Source: Octopus sinensis
Lineage: Eukaryota
DNA length: 64,000 bases
Direction of reading: 5' to 3'
NCBI RefSeq assembly: GCF_006345805.1
Contig: NC_043003.1
Location: 62,744,001-62,808,000, forward strand
A model generated the notes under the pieces. The model had not been told where the DNA came from, made no database searches, and was given only the letters and a program-made list of their open reading frames with translations. A program made the position numbers and the translations under genes. The stretch's first letter is position 1, and each line of letters begins with the position of its first letter. Below are positions 13,576-25,859 of the stretch, piece by piece.

Positions 13576-13777
13576 TGATATATAGATAGATAGACAGACA
13601 GACAGACAGACTGATAGATAGAATAAGAAAGCAAGATAGATAGATAGATAGACAGACAGATAGACAGACAGGCAGTCAGACAGACAGATAGATAGATAAG
13701 TAGATAGATAGATAGACAGACAGATAGATAGACAGACAGGCAGATACATACATACACACACACACACACATACATAT
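13318..13777. repeat. Compound GA/TA/GATA/GACA/CA microsatellite
   Basis: Read directly; AGAATAAGAAAG spacer recurs three times; explains the YLSI-repeat ORFs. Confidence 0.95.
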
Positions 13778-14098
13778 GAAGATGATATTTCTTATTTTAA
13801 GAAAAAGGAACTTGTGGAAAATAAAAATAAAATGAATGGCTATTTATTTGTAAATTTTCTGAAGAGACAGTTACGACATTTAATTCATAAAACTGTTTTC
13901 TTTTTTGTAATAAGTAACTTCTTTTAAAATAAGAAATTTCTTCAGTTCAACAATGGTCGCTTAATAAAGTTAAATATATTTAACGATGGTATTCAGAAAT
14001 GAAGATAGGTGCACAAGATTGAGAGATGCAGTAAACACAGTTGCCATATTCATTTATGGGTTTACGTCTGTGTGTGTGTGTGCATATATATGTGTATA

Positions 14099-14656
14099 TC
14101 TCTTATAAAATCCGTTCTGTCTGTCTGTGTGTGTGTCTTCTCGGATCTCGGGCATCCTCCATCTGATTGCGCTCAAAGTTGATATGTAGACACCGACGGT
14201 ATCAGGGAATGTATAAGTTTTGAAAAAAATTACAAAAATCGATTCCAGGTGAGAATGCGATCGATAAAGCTGTTTTTGTCCTGCTTTTCTTCTGTCAACC
14301 TGTACATAACTGCACCTTCCATTTTTTGTTGCTTTTGTACTGCTTAAAGGCATGTTTCTTTCCTGCCAAGATTACTGTTTAAACCATGTTTGTGTTCTCC
14401 CATTCAACAGTCTTATCATTACTGGTTCTTTAAACTCTTCGGTTGAATATTTGTATGGATAAAATCGTTTTCCTTTGGAATAGAAAAAAAGTCTATCTTT
14501 ATTTCTTCTTTTGCTGGTGTCTCAAATTTAGGTTAAATCAGTGTTTCTCAAAGGAAGACAGTCAGTATGAGACGGTCAGACAAATTGTTTTGAGAAAATT
14601 TGGTTTAAATATTTGACAACTCAGCACCATCCATTGGACAGGGGGCGTTTTGCTCG
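14099..14656 (+). mobile_element. Helitron-type non-autonomous element (~558 bp)
   Basis: 5' A|TC start followed by a (GTCT)n/(GT)n tract; 3' imperfect hairpin CCATCCATTGGACAGGG about 10 bp before terminal CTCG|T (canonical CTAG); A-T insertion site. Confidence 0.65.
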
Positions 14657-14774
14657 TATATATATATATACACACACACACATAAACACATATAGCGAAG
14701 GAGAGAGAGATGAGAAGAGAAGAAGAGAGAGAAACAGAGACAGAAGTTGTATGACAGATGAAACAACTTCACAA

Positions 14775-16104
14775 TCATCATCAATATCATCATCATCATC
14801 ATCATCATCATCGTTTAACTTCCGTTTTCCATGCTGGCATGGGTTGGACGGTTTGACTGAGGTCTGGGGAGCCAGTGGCTGCACCAGACTCCAGTCTGAT
14901 CTGGCAATGTTTCTACAGCTGGATGCCCTTCCTAACATCAACCATTCCAAGAGTATAGTGAGTGCTTTTTATGTGTCACTGGCACAGGAGCCAGTCAGGC
15001 AGACCTGGCATCAACCACGTTCAGATGGTGCTTTTTATGTGCCACCGGCATGGGAACTAGTCAGGGGGTTCTAGCATCGGCCTCGTTCAGTTTTTGGTTT
15101 TTATGTACCACCAGCACATGAGCCAGTCAGGTGAACCTGGCATCAGCCATGTTTAGATGGTGCTTTTTGCGTGCCACCAGCATGGGAGCTAGTCATGGGG
15201 TTCTAGCATCGGCCACGTTCAGTTTTTGGTTTTTACGTGCCACCAGCACATGAGCCAGTCAGGCGGACCTGGCATTGGCCACGTTCAGATGGTGCTTTTT
15301 ACATGCCACCAGCACATGAGCCAGTCAGGCGGACCTGGCATCGGCCACGTTCAGATGGTGCTTTTTATGTGCCATCGGCACGTGAGCCAGTCAGGGGCAC
15401 CAGCCCCAGCTACAATATTGGTTTTACTTGAGTCAACAGGTCTTCTCAAGCATATCATATCACCCAACACATCAGGGGCATTCTTAACAGGGCCAGACAT
15501 GTGTTGCTGTGATCTCACTTTAGTTACCAGGTCTTCTCAATCACAGCATATCCCCAAAGGTCCTGGTCTCCTGTCATTGCCTCAATAAGATCCAATCTTC
15601 AAATGTCATGCTTCACCACCTCATCGCATGTCTTCCTGGGTCTACCTCTTTCACAGGTTCCTTCTACAGTTATGAAGTGACACTTCCTCACACAGCTGTC
15701 TTCATTCATACATAGCACAAGGCCATACCAGCACAGTCACCTCTCTTGCATACCATATTTGCTGCTGCTTATGCCCAACTTTTCACTCAGGGTGCTTATA
15801 TTCTGTCGTGTATGCACACTGACATTACACATCCAGTGGATCGTACTAGCTTCATTTCTTTCAACTCTATGCATGTCCTCAGCACCCTGAACTTTGTCCA
15901 GTCTATTCTTACTCTAGTCGCTACATTCTCAGAGCAACCACCCCCACTACAAACTTGGTCGCCTAGGTAGCAGAAGCAGTCAACTACTACTAGTTTCTCC
16001 CCCTGGCATGTGATGGAATCTGTTTTCTGTACATCTTCAGTGTTTATTGCCCCAGTGCATCTGCCACACACAAAAACTATTTTCCCGGTTAATCTTCCTT
16101 TGAT
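14775..16104 (-). mobile_element. 5'-truncated, internally deleted RTE LINE with a ~66-bp repeat array in the 3' UTR
   Basis: EKLVVVDCFCYLGDQVCSGGGCSENVATRVRIDWTKFR (RT domain 7), C-terminal GRPRKT, repeat array ~14985-15410, (GAT)n tail. Confidence 0.9.
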
Positions 16105-16120
16105 CATCATCATTATTATT

Positions 16121-16574
16121 AAGGTGGTGAGCTGGCAGAATCATTTGTAAGCCAGGCAAAATGCTAAGCAGCATTTCATCTGTCGCTATGTTCTGAGTTC
16201 TAATTCTGCTGAGGTCAACTTTGCCTTTCATCCTTTCGAGGTCAATAAAATAAGTACCAGTTGAGTACTGCGGTCAATGTAATCGACTTACTCCCTCCCC
16301 CAAATTCCAGGCCTTGTGCCTATTCCAGAAAGTATTATTATTATTATTGTTATTATTATTAAGGCTGTGAGCTGGCAGAATCAATAGCATGCCAGGTGAA
16401 AGGCTTAGTTGGAATTTCGTCTGTCTTCACATTCCATGTTCAAATTCTGCCAAGGTCAACTTTGCCTTTCATCCTTTTGAGGTCAATAGGATAATTCCCA
16501 GTTGAAGGCTGGGATTAATATAATCGACTAGCCCTTTCCCCCAAATTTCAGGCCTTGTGCCTTTAGTAGAAAGG

Positions 16575-16575
<1 letters not shown>
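16121..16575 (+). mobile_element. Two tandem family B SINEs separated by (ATT)n
   Basis: Heads at 16121 and 16361 (AAGG.GGTGAGCTGGCAGAATC); (ATT)n tails. Confidence 0.85.
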
Positions 16576-16618
<43 letters not shown>

Positions 16619-16649
16619 GAGGGTTACTACAGCTTCTTGGAAGACTTGC

Positions 16650-17150
16650 CCATCATTTGTGGGATTAACACAATGTCAGTCTGAAAATGAAAACAAGTTT
16701 AAACAAATCTTATATTTTGAGCACACTTGTATGGAACAGAAGCATGGACTCCCCACTACAGACATATAAAGAAACTTGAAACCTTCCACAGGTGCCAATT
16801 GCACAACATATGCGACACAAAATGACAAGATAGAATATCCAATGGCAAAATCTTTTTTAAAAATGTGATATCTCCAGTATCCAAGGCATATTGTTGGAAT
16901 GAAAACTTATTGCATTTCAAAAATTCTTTTGTATTGCCAACAATTGAAGGGATATTGCAACAAAGGAATACCTCTCCTTAGGTATAGGGATAAGTTGAAG
17001 CAATCACTAAAACCTTTACAGCTTAACCTGACATCTTGGGAAAATCATTGCCTAGATCGATCTGCATGGCATTAAATGCGTGACAATACATCCAAACAAT
17101 TTGCTTTGAAGAAACAGAACAATAGAAGAACTATATCCTGCATTCAACAG
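16650..17150 (+). mobile_element. Decayed RTE (BovB-like) ORF C-terminal fragment
   Basis: LYGTEAWTPHYRHIKKLETFHRCQLHNIC ... RYRDKLKQSL ... WENHCLDRSAW with stops and frameshifts. Confidence 0.75.
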
Positions 17151-17639
17151 ACATATTTGCCCAATCTCAGGCAAAATCAAAATCCTCAATGTCCCTTCAT
17201 AACGAAATCCATATCTGGACTGAAATTACATTCACGCATCTATTGCAAATAGATAAGGCTTCTTAGTTTTGGGTTTTGCTTTTTTTTCACTATTGCTCTC
17301 TTTAACTTTAAGTTCTCTTCTTTAAATACTTCAGAAACAACTGACAGGTGCAAACATCATTATTATTGTTATTAAGGCAGCCAGCTAAGCAGAATTGTTA
17401 GCACTCCAGTCACAATGCATAGTGGCATTTTGATTATCTTTATGTTCTAAGTTTGAATTCTGCAGAGGTCAATTTTGCTTTACATCCTTTCAGGGTCACT
17501 AAAATAAGTACAAGTTGAGTACTGTGGTCAATGTAATTTACTCACCCCTCCCTCAAAATTGCTGGCCTTGTGCCAAAATTTGAAACCCTTATTTTTATCA
17601 TTATTATACTTGGTGACAGATCTATCTAGCAATGGGAGA

Positions 17640-18143
17640 GCAGAATGGAAGAGGTTTGCCAGTGATCTACAGTTTGAGAATCAGAGTCACCAGGAGTCTT
17701 GGATTGCAAGATAGTGTAGCATGAAAAGTTGTTGGAAAGAAGTGTATACAGATGGATGATAGTATACTTGCACTTCGTGATTCTGAAAAATTACTACATT
17801 TGGAGAATGCATGGGAGATAGAGCATCTTCTTTATGTGGACCCAACTGAGGAACCAGCTCTCAGAGTTGGCTGCAGCATATTAGATAAAGCAATTAATGA
17901 TATGCAGACTGAGAAAGACTCTGCTCCATCAGGTATTACTACTGAGATTCCTAAAATATCTAGCAGAGCAGGATACAGCCAAGTCACACATATAGTTAAT
18001 CAGGTTATATAGGAAGGTACCGTACCCAACGACTGGTGTAGAAGTATTATAGTAAACAGTTACAAGGATAAACGAGATGCCTCACAGAGAAGTAATTACA
18101 GAGACATCAAATTGTTGGACCAGTTCATGAAAATCACAGCAAA
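17640..18143 (+). mobile_element. Decayed RTE RT N-terminal fragment
   Basis: AINDMQTEKDSAPSGITTE...IVNQVI*EGTVPNDWCRSIIVNSYKDKRDA..SNYRDIKLLDQFMK (KAPGPxG / NYRGIxLL region). Confidence 0.85.
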
Positions 18144-18189
18144 TAAGGACGATAGTAGGGCTACTAATAGCTACTGTTCGAGCTAACAG

Positions 18190-19490
18190 GCTAGGTCTCT
18201 TTAAATGTATGGAGACATTCCTGTGAACATTTTGCTCATTAATGTTAGTGGGTGATTGAAATAGCATTTTGAATGCTGAAAGATTGCATGGGTGTAACCA
18301 ATAGAAATGGGTACAAAAGCCTTGCAAACTTTCTCAGGAACTTCCTAGTGACAGGTTTCACCAATATTTCCTGAACGTCCCAATGTGGACTCAATCTAAT
18401 CACAGCAGGTAATCCAGGTCAGATAGCATTTTCATTCGATTAACAGTTAAGGCTAGCATAAGTTGTTTGCAGTTTCTGATAATTGGTTCTGAGGATCACA
18501 AATTTATGACCTGTACACATGGTACATATGGACCTGAAACCCCATTCTAAGTCAACTCAGGATAGACTAATAGACAAAGATCTGGGTACTGGAAGCTGAA
18601 CAGTTCCTTTGTGCTATAGAGAGATTTAAGAAACTAGATCATGAAACTAATTAAGTGGAATTTGATGGTTGACATCATCAAAAACTTGTAGTGGGTTTTG
18701 CTAAAGACATAAATTAGAAGAGCTGCAATTAGATTTAGTAAGGAGAAATTTGTAGAGAATAACAGCGTATAGAAAGAATTAGTTGACCATTTAGAAGAAG
18801 TTCATAGAACTGATTTTGCAAATGACATGTTATGGGCAAGGATGCTGCTCAACTATTTCTTTCATGTGAGACATGAAGAATGTATTGTCAGTGCTAAGGT
18901 GCATGTACTGAACCAGCACGGTATGAAAGCTGTTTGATGGGACAGGGTGGCAGTAGCACAATGTGGTAATAAATACAGAATTTGGTAAATGGCAGACCAT
19001 GGCAGCATATGCTCTCTCTCTCATTCCAAACAGATGGATGCAATTTTCTAACATGACTTTACTGAACTGTTCTTGTTAAGCGGCAGACCAGAAATGGGTG
19101 TGCTTCGGTGCTTATCTCGATGGTTTGCTGCTACTACTGAGCAGGAAGATTAGGTGTTGTAAAAAAACTGATTTCAGCAAATTAGTGTATGTGCTGAGCT
19201 GTTGTTTGATGTGCTGATTGTCAGGAGTGGATGCAAAAGTAGTGTGATGGACTTGTCTGAAAAGTATTTTCCTCTCTGTCCAAGCTCTCATCAATTTATT
19301 CAAATACCAATTGAAGAGGAGGTTAAGAGTAAAGAGGGAAGTACTGTCTTCTAGCATGTTCAATGAAGGATGGATGAGAATGGTGAAGCTGGCAAAGCTG
19401 AACAAACCTACTCTGAGTAAACATTTCAAACTAGGAGGAAGAGAAGAGAGGGGAGAGCATCTTTGAAGCCTTCGACAGAGTAATCTGGGC
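18190..19490 (+). mobile_element. Decayed, internally deleted Tx1/L1-clade LINE ORF2 (APE part plus C-terminus)
   Basis: LMLVGD*N, SEDHKF, GYWKLNSS (APE and linker); C-terminal QALINLFKYQLKRRLRVKREVLSSSMFNEGW. Confidence 0.7.
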
Positions 19491-19499
19491 ATTTGCATG

Positions 19500-20182
19500 A
19501 GGTTTTATGCCTCTGCACATCCTCATTCATTGTCTGGGCATTGCTGACTTGTGGGGTTATGTTGAACAGCTACTGTCACAGGTGGGATGGATCCATCTTT
19601 TGGCAGAGTCTGTAGTGAAGATTGCACCACCACCCTCCTTCAATCAGGCAGAAAGGCAGTTTTCCTTTGCCTGGTGGCTATGGCAGAAGAAGTTGTTTGG
19701 TGGACAAGGCTGAAAGGCATGAAGACAGATACATTCCTCTTTGGTAGGGCTCTCATTAACTTCTTCAAGTTTCACTTGGAAAGGAAAGTGAGGGTGAATA
19801 TGGAAGTGCTATCTTTGAGTGAATTTATCGAGAAGTGGATGAAAGTTGCAAAAATGGCAAGAGTGGATGGTACTTCTCTAAGTGTAGATCTGTGAATCGG
19901 AGAGGGTACTTACTCATAGGATCTCAGGGAAATCTCAGACAATGGGGTTCCTCAATTATCCCTAGAGGTGTTCCTGTTTCAGGAGGGCCACATCACTATC
20001 ATCCTCCCCACTACACTTTCTTTTTGTACCTCTGGATGCTATGCAAACGGCTCCTCTTTCCCAGTATTATACTGTGTATACTTTTCTTTTATTTATCATT
20101 TCATTATTATATGTAAACCCTGCACACTTTATGTCTGTCTCTGTATTGCCCCCTCATCTTTTGCCCTTGTGGTAAATAAATG
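19500..20182 (+). mobile_element. 5'-truncated Tx1/L1-clade LINE (ORF2 C-terminus plus 3' UTR)
   Basis: LHILIHCLGIADLWGYVEQLL; KAVFLCLVAMAEEVVWWTRLKG...RALINFFKFHLERKVRV...EFIEKW; AATAAA near 20175. Confidence 0.75.
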
Positions 20183-20194
20183 AAATCATTAATA

Positions 20195-20522
20195 TTGTTG
20201 TTGTTGTTGTCGTTGCTGCTGTTGCTGTTGTTGTTGTTGTTGCTGCTGCTGTTGCTGTTGTTGTTGTTGTTGTTGTTGTTGCTGCTGCTGCTGTTGTTGT
20301 TGTTGTTGTTGCTGCTGCTGTTGTTGTTGTTGTTGTTGCTGCTGCTGGTGCTGTTGTTGTTGTTGTTGCTGCTGCTGCTGTTGCTGTTGTTGTTGTTGCT
20401 GCTGCTGTTGTTGTTGTTGCTGCTGTTGTTGTTGTGCTGCTGCTGTTGTTGTTGTTGTTGTTGCTGCTGCTGCTGTTGTTGTTGTTGTTGTTGTTGCTGC
20501 TGCTGCTGTTGTTGTTGTTGTT
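20195..20522. repeat. Compound (TTG)n/(CTG)n microsatellite
   Basis: Read directly; explains the poly-L/C/T/A ORFs. Confidence 0.95.
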
Positions 20523-20970
20523 AAGGCAGTGAGCTTGCAGAATCATCAGCATGCTGGATGAAATGCTTAGCAGCATTTCATCTATTTCTATGTTCTGAGT
20601 TCAAATTCTGCTATGGTTAATTTTGCCTTTCATCTTTTGGGGTTGATAAAATAAGTACTAATTGAGTACCAGGGTCAGTGTGACCAACTTTTCCCCTTTA
20701 CCAAAATTTATGGCTTTGTGCCTTATAGTAGAAAAGATTATTGCTATTGTTATTTTTTTTAACATTATTGTTGTTGTTTTAATTTTTTGTTTTTTGCCTT
20801 TAACTCTCTCCAAGGTCAATATTACCTTCCTACACTCTTGGATCAATAAAATAAAGTACCAGTCAAGTACACTGGAGTTCATATAATTGACTGACCCCCC
20901 CCCCACCATCCTCAAATTGCTTGACTTGTGCGTAATTTAGAAACAATTAGTGTTTTTGTTATTGTTGTTG

Positions 20971-21030
<60 letters not shown>

Positions 21031-22771
21031 GCATATACACGCACACATACAAGTCTGCATCTATGTGAAGATGTGTGTGTGTGCATGTATGATCTTTTTC
21101 ACTTTTATTGACAAAAGAATGAATTCTGTTTGAAATGCTTCGACCCACCCACTTCTTTAGAATATTCAGAACAGATAGATTCTATGTAGAATAATGGATA
21201 AATATTCAACTTTACAACCACCATACTTGCAATTGTGCTTTTTTTAGTTTAATTGAACAGAAAGGCCAAGAGGATAGTAAACATAAATAGGTATAGTGAT
21301 ATCAAAATATCTCCACATTAAGTGGATCAATAGGGAATAGTATTGAGCGTGTTGATGTAGCTCTGTGTTAGCTTCCATTGATCTACCTTCATCTCAGCAG
21401 CGACTAGCTGTAAGGTATAAAATAATGGTAAAGCCACACAAATAAACCTTGTCAGAAAACAAATGCCATTCATAAAACTAGAATCATAGACACAGTTTTA
21501 CTTCCTAACGTGAGAATAGTAGGCAATTCTTGAAAAATTAAATAAATACTTGATGTGTTGCATGTAACATTCTCTTTGTAGTAATGATATAAGGAAAATT
21601 ACTTGTTGCTGGGTAGCCCCCTCGTATATGGCCAGGAAAATCTGTTGAAAGTTTTTCACAACTGTAGTCTACATGTTCGGTGTAATATTAGAAAAGCAAT
21701 GTTACATTTTCTTGAAAGTAAAAGAAATGTTTTTATAAGCTGTTCTTGTGGCATAAGAAAAAGACTTTTTGTTTCTGTTATTTCATATTTTATTTTTATG
21801 TGTTTTGTTATTGTCAAGTACTTCTGTATTGTTATTCGCCTACTTGTATGAAGGAGGAACTCATTTCTAGAGAAAGCAATAATGAGGTGAAACTTTTATT
21901 TGTTTGCTATAAGATTAAAAGGAAGATAATAGAGAATAGTATTGTCTGCATAAGAGAGACCAGATAAGGCCAGATACTGCGGTGTTGAGACCTTTGATGA
22001 TAAGAAATTAGAAAGAAGACTTGTGAGATGTCTGATCCCAGTAGAAATTCCAAACTGATAAGAAAACTTCAGAGATATCTTGTAAACAGTAATCTAATAT
22101 CTACAGTTAAAGTTAGACTATGCTTCACTGATGAGGTGTAATAAGAATGAAACATATCCATAGTTGTCACCACACTACCAAAGATCAAACTCACCCCTGC
22201 ACCTATATTTAGCTGAGGTTTATTTTCAGCTTCTGAATTAACAGAAAGGGGCAATAATTATGGCATTTGCAGGCCCTCCAAGACCAGTGAGACTGATGTC
22301 AATAACACTCCATTTAAAAGGAAGTGGTCTTGTAGAATTGGTACCACCTCAGAGAAAGTGTTTGGTGACATTTCTTCCGGCTCTTTCTGTTTTAAGCTCA
22401 AATGCTACTGAGGTTAACTTTATCAGAATTACTGGCCTTGTGCCAAAATTAGAAAGAATTAATGTTCTGTTTAAACTGCTGCAAGTCAATATTCACATGA
22501 ATGACATGAGCATGGAGAAGATTTTGGTGGGATACTGTTCTGAGGAGGAAGGATTGAACATAGTGATTAGTGTGGAACATGGAGGGCTGGACACAAAATG
22601 GATGATTTGAAGAGAAAGAGAGAGACAAGTCTGGAAGAAATGCATGGCTAGAGGAGGCCTCAAGACCTGCCAACTGTGAGGAAGAGAGGCTGTTGTACTA
22701 GTTGTAAAAAAGGTATTTCAAGGTCCAGCAGTTGAGGGAGAAAGTCAAGCTAGGGATCATTGCCAGAGGGA

Positions 22772-23552
22772 TTAACCTTTTAGCATTCAAATTACACTGT
22801 CAAATGCAATGGTTATTCATTCACATTGTTTTAGGTATGACTATAAACTACATGTGGTAGTGGGACCCTGGGGCCCTAGTTTCAGGGTTTGAGAAGTGTG
22901 GAACCACCTCTTAGCTACTATTGTTCCCAGGTCTACTCTGCCCCGGAATTTGTAGCACCTCTAAGGGTCCCATCTTTTGGTTAACTAGCAAACTCCCCTG
23001 CAACTAGTGGGTGGTGTGAGATCGGTCGAATGCAGTCACTGTATTCCCAATGTGGCATAAGAGGCGACTAAAAGGGGCAAGAGCAAGGGGACTGGGAACT
23101 TCAAGACTTCTTTGATTTGCTATTTCTAAATCTCACAACGTGAGATATTCAGCAACAGTACTTTGTAGTAAAGATTGCTTGCCAACATAACATGGCAGTC
23201 CTAGTTTAGGACTAATGTTACTGTAATTTAGCCCCAGGAGACATTGTCTCCAGCTGGCTATATGACATGATCTGTGTCCTTGTATTTTTTTCCCCCTTGT
23301 TCGAAAATATAAGGACACAGATCATGTCATATAGCCAGCTGGAGATGATGTCTCCTGGGGCTAGATTAAAGCAACATTAGTCCCAAACCAGGACTGCCAT
23401 GTTATGTTGGCAAACAATCTTCTTTAATTTGATTGCTCATTTTCAGAATGACATTGTAGGAGAGGTGCAAGAGGCTGGATCTGATTGGTTTCAACATAAA
23501 ACGAGTAGAATATTTCAGTCTGATGAAGCTGGTTTAAATGCTAAAGGCTTAA
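22772..23552. mobile_element. TTAA (piggyBac-type) MITE split by ~590 bp of later insertions
   Basis: TTAACCTTTTAGCATTC at 22772 and AAATGCTAAAGGCTTAA ending 23552; the halves match the uninterrupted copy at 36461-36657. Confidence 0.7.
23171..23421. repeat. Long fold-back palindrome, ~117-bp arms, ~16-nt loop
   Basis: Arms 23171-23287 and 23304-23421 are reverse complements with roughly ten mismatches. Confidence 0.95.
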
Positions 23553-24639
23553 AGAATCAGATAGAATGCTTTGTGGTATTTCTTTTAGGTGCTAGCAAGG
23601 CTGTGTGGTCAAGAAACTTGTTTTGCAATCATGTCATTTGGGGTTCAGCCCCACTTATGAAAGTATCTTCTATAGTCTTCAGCCATCAAATACTTTGTGA
23701 GTGAATTTTTGGATGGAAACTCTATGAAAGCTTGTCATATATATGTATATGTGTATGTATGTATTTGTATTTGTGTGTGTGTTCCCCCCCTCCTCACTCA
23801 CTGTTTGACAACCACTGTTGGTTTGCTTACATTTTCATAATGTATCGGTTCAGCAAAATACACTGTAAGAATATGTACCAGACTTTAAAAAAACCTCAAA
23901 GCACTGGGGTTGATTTGTTCAATGAAACCCTTCAAGGTGGTGTCCCAACATGGCTGCCATCAACTGACTGAAAAGAAATAAAAAATAAAAATCATATTAA
24001 AATTATATTAAAATTTTGTTGTACACTCATTGAATATTAGCTAATAACTTGTATTCTATGCTGGTTTTTTAAACAAAATTCAAACTTCTTTTTTTTGTTA
24101 AATTTACCTGTATTTTCCTGTAATTAGAGTCACTTTGAGACAAAATTTATGAAACAGATTGGGCTAAGAACCCTTTGTTAAATTGTGTTCCAAAAACCAC
24201 ATTAGTATGTTGATAAATAAAATAGAGTTGTTTAAGTAAATTCGTTATTGTCCTTTATTCATTCATTTATCTGATTTTGTCACAGTTTGGCTGACCGAAA
24301 ACTGTTGGTTATAGCTTTAGTTAAGAATGCATATGCCCAATTCTATCTTATTATTATTATTATTATTATTACTATCTTTTCACACCGGCAGCCTGAGTTT
24401 TTGCTGTTTTGTGGTGCGATCACCCTTCCCACACCCACCACCTGTGCCAGAAGTGTTTATCCTCTGATCTCTATTGGATATCTTTTCCATGAACACCTCC
24501 AAAGGCTTAATGTTTCCCCCATTCCTTGTTAGGGTTCATCTCCTTTGTATTGTAGTGATTATGTAGCACATAAAATGATGGTGTAGTGTATGCAGGTTGA
24601 AGGCTATTGGATGTTTATGAGTTCTGCCAAATACAAGCT

Positions 24640-24893
24640 TTCTTTTCAGGTACATAATACTGCTGTCCCCCATCTCAGAGTCTCAAGGGTCCACACCTTC
24701 CACACCCTCAGAGTTGGCACACTTAATGTTGGCACATTGAAAGGTAGGTCTGGTGAGACTGTTGAGATGCATGAGCGGAGACATGTAGATTGGAGCCTGG
24801 TGCTGCCTTCTGGCTTGCCAGCCCTCAATCATACCTTCAACCCATGCTGCATGAAAAGCAGACATTAAACAACAACGATGATGATGATAATGA
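24640..24893 (+). mobile_element. RTE deletion derivative: endonuclease N-terminus fused to 3' tail
   Basis: LRVGTLNVGTLKGRSGETVEMHERRHVD (APE domain I) joined at AGAT(T), ~24787-24791, to GGAGCCTGGTG...(GAT)n. Confidence 0.8.
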
Positions 24894-25305
24894 TATACAT
24901 TTACCATAAAATATAAGTTATGGAGTTGGTTTGTTTGACTAAAAAGCCCTTCAATGGGATGCTCCAGCATGGTAGCAGTCCAATGAATGAAACATGGAAA
25001 AGATAAAAGATGAATTATGAGAGAAAAGGAGGAAAGAATTTTGATATAATGTTCTCGTCTCTACCAGACATACTGTGTGTATGTGTGTGTGTAGCAAAGC
25101 TGTCATTTTTTTCTTTTTGCATAGTTGTTGATGTCTGTTTTTAGTTTGTTTTGCTTTTTTTCCTGTAACTTGAGGTGAGGAAATGAAGGATATATTTCAT
25201 ATCAGTGCTAAGATAGCAGGTTATAGGTATGTATCGGCATACTTTGAAAAGAGGAATTTCATTATTTTTTTCCCTCGTATTTTTTCTTTAATATCTATGT
25301 GTGTG

Positions 25306-25390
<85 letters not shown>

Positions 25391-25466
25391 ATATATATAT
25401 AATATATATATATATATATGTATGTATATATACATAATTAAATAATAAGATAATAAGGGTAGAAAT

Positions 25467-25500
<34 letters not shown>

Positions 25501-25731
25501 CATTTATATAAATATATATATATAAAGGCATACAGGTATATATAAATGCATATGGGTGTATGTACATATATGTTTGTGTTTGTGTGTATACACATGCACA
25601 CACACAGACACAGAGAAAGCTTTGTGAGTTGATTCGGTACATGGGTTGGTACATGGGTACATGGAAGCTGAACTGAAATCTATCATATACATATATACAA
25701 GCTTGCACACATGCATACATACATACATACA

Positions 25732-25765
<34 letters not shown>

Positions 25766-25859
25766 CATACACATACACGCATACATATTTATACACACAC
25801 ACATATATACATTTATGTGTGTATGAAAGGGTTGTACTGAAAGACATGCAAAAGTAGGC

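Noticed and set aside
12313-13775. Long ORFs of poly-L/Y/C/V and YLSI repeats (similar ones at 20154-20576, 25379-25861, 32147-32420)
   Set aside because: Translations of microsatellites, open only because the units lack stops.
14985-15410. CRISPR-like array
   Set aside because: Units are contiguous tandem repeats with no unique spacers, inside a eukaryotic LINE UTR.
21300-21420. Exon-like segment on either strand (minus LVAAEMKVDQWKLTQSY..*, plus SIDLPSSQQRLAV)
   Set aside because: Conflicting strands, no phase fit with the chain, no recognisable homology.
22115-22170. CTGATGA...GAAAC hammerhead-like string
   Set aside because: Stem II does not pair (GGTG/GAAT) and the cleavage site and proximal stem I are missing; at best a very old remnant.
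23020-23090. Possible HDV-like ribozyme in a LINE 5'-UTR-like fragment (..AAGAGGCGACTAA)
   Set aside because: I could not build P1/P2/P3 in the required order.
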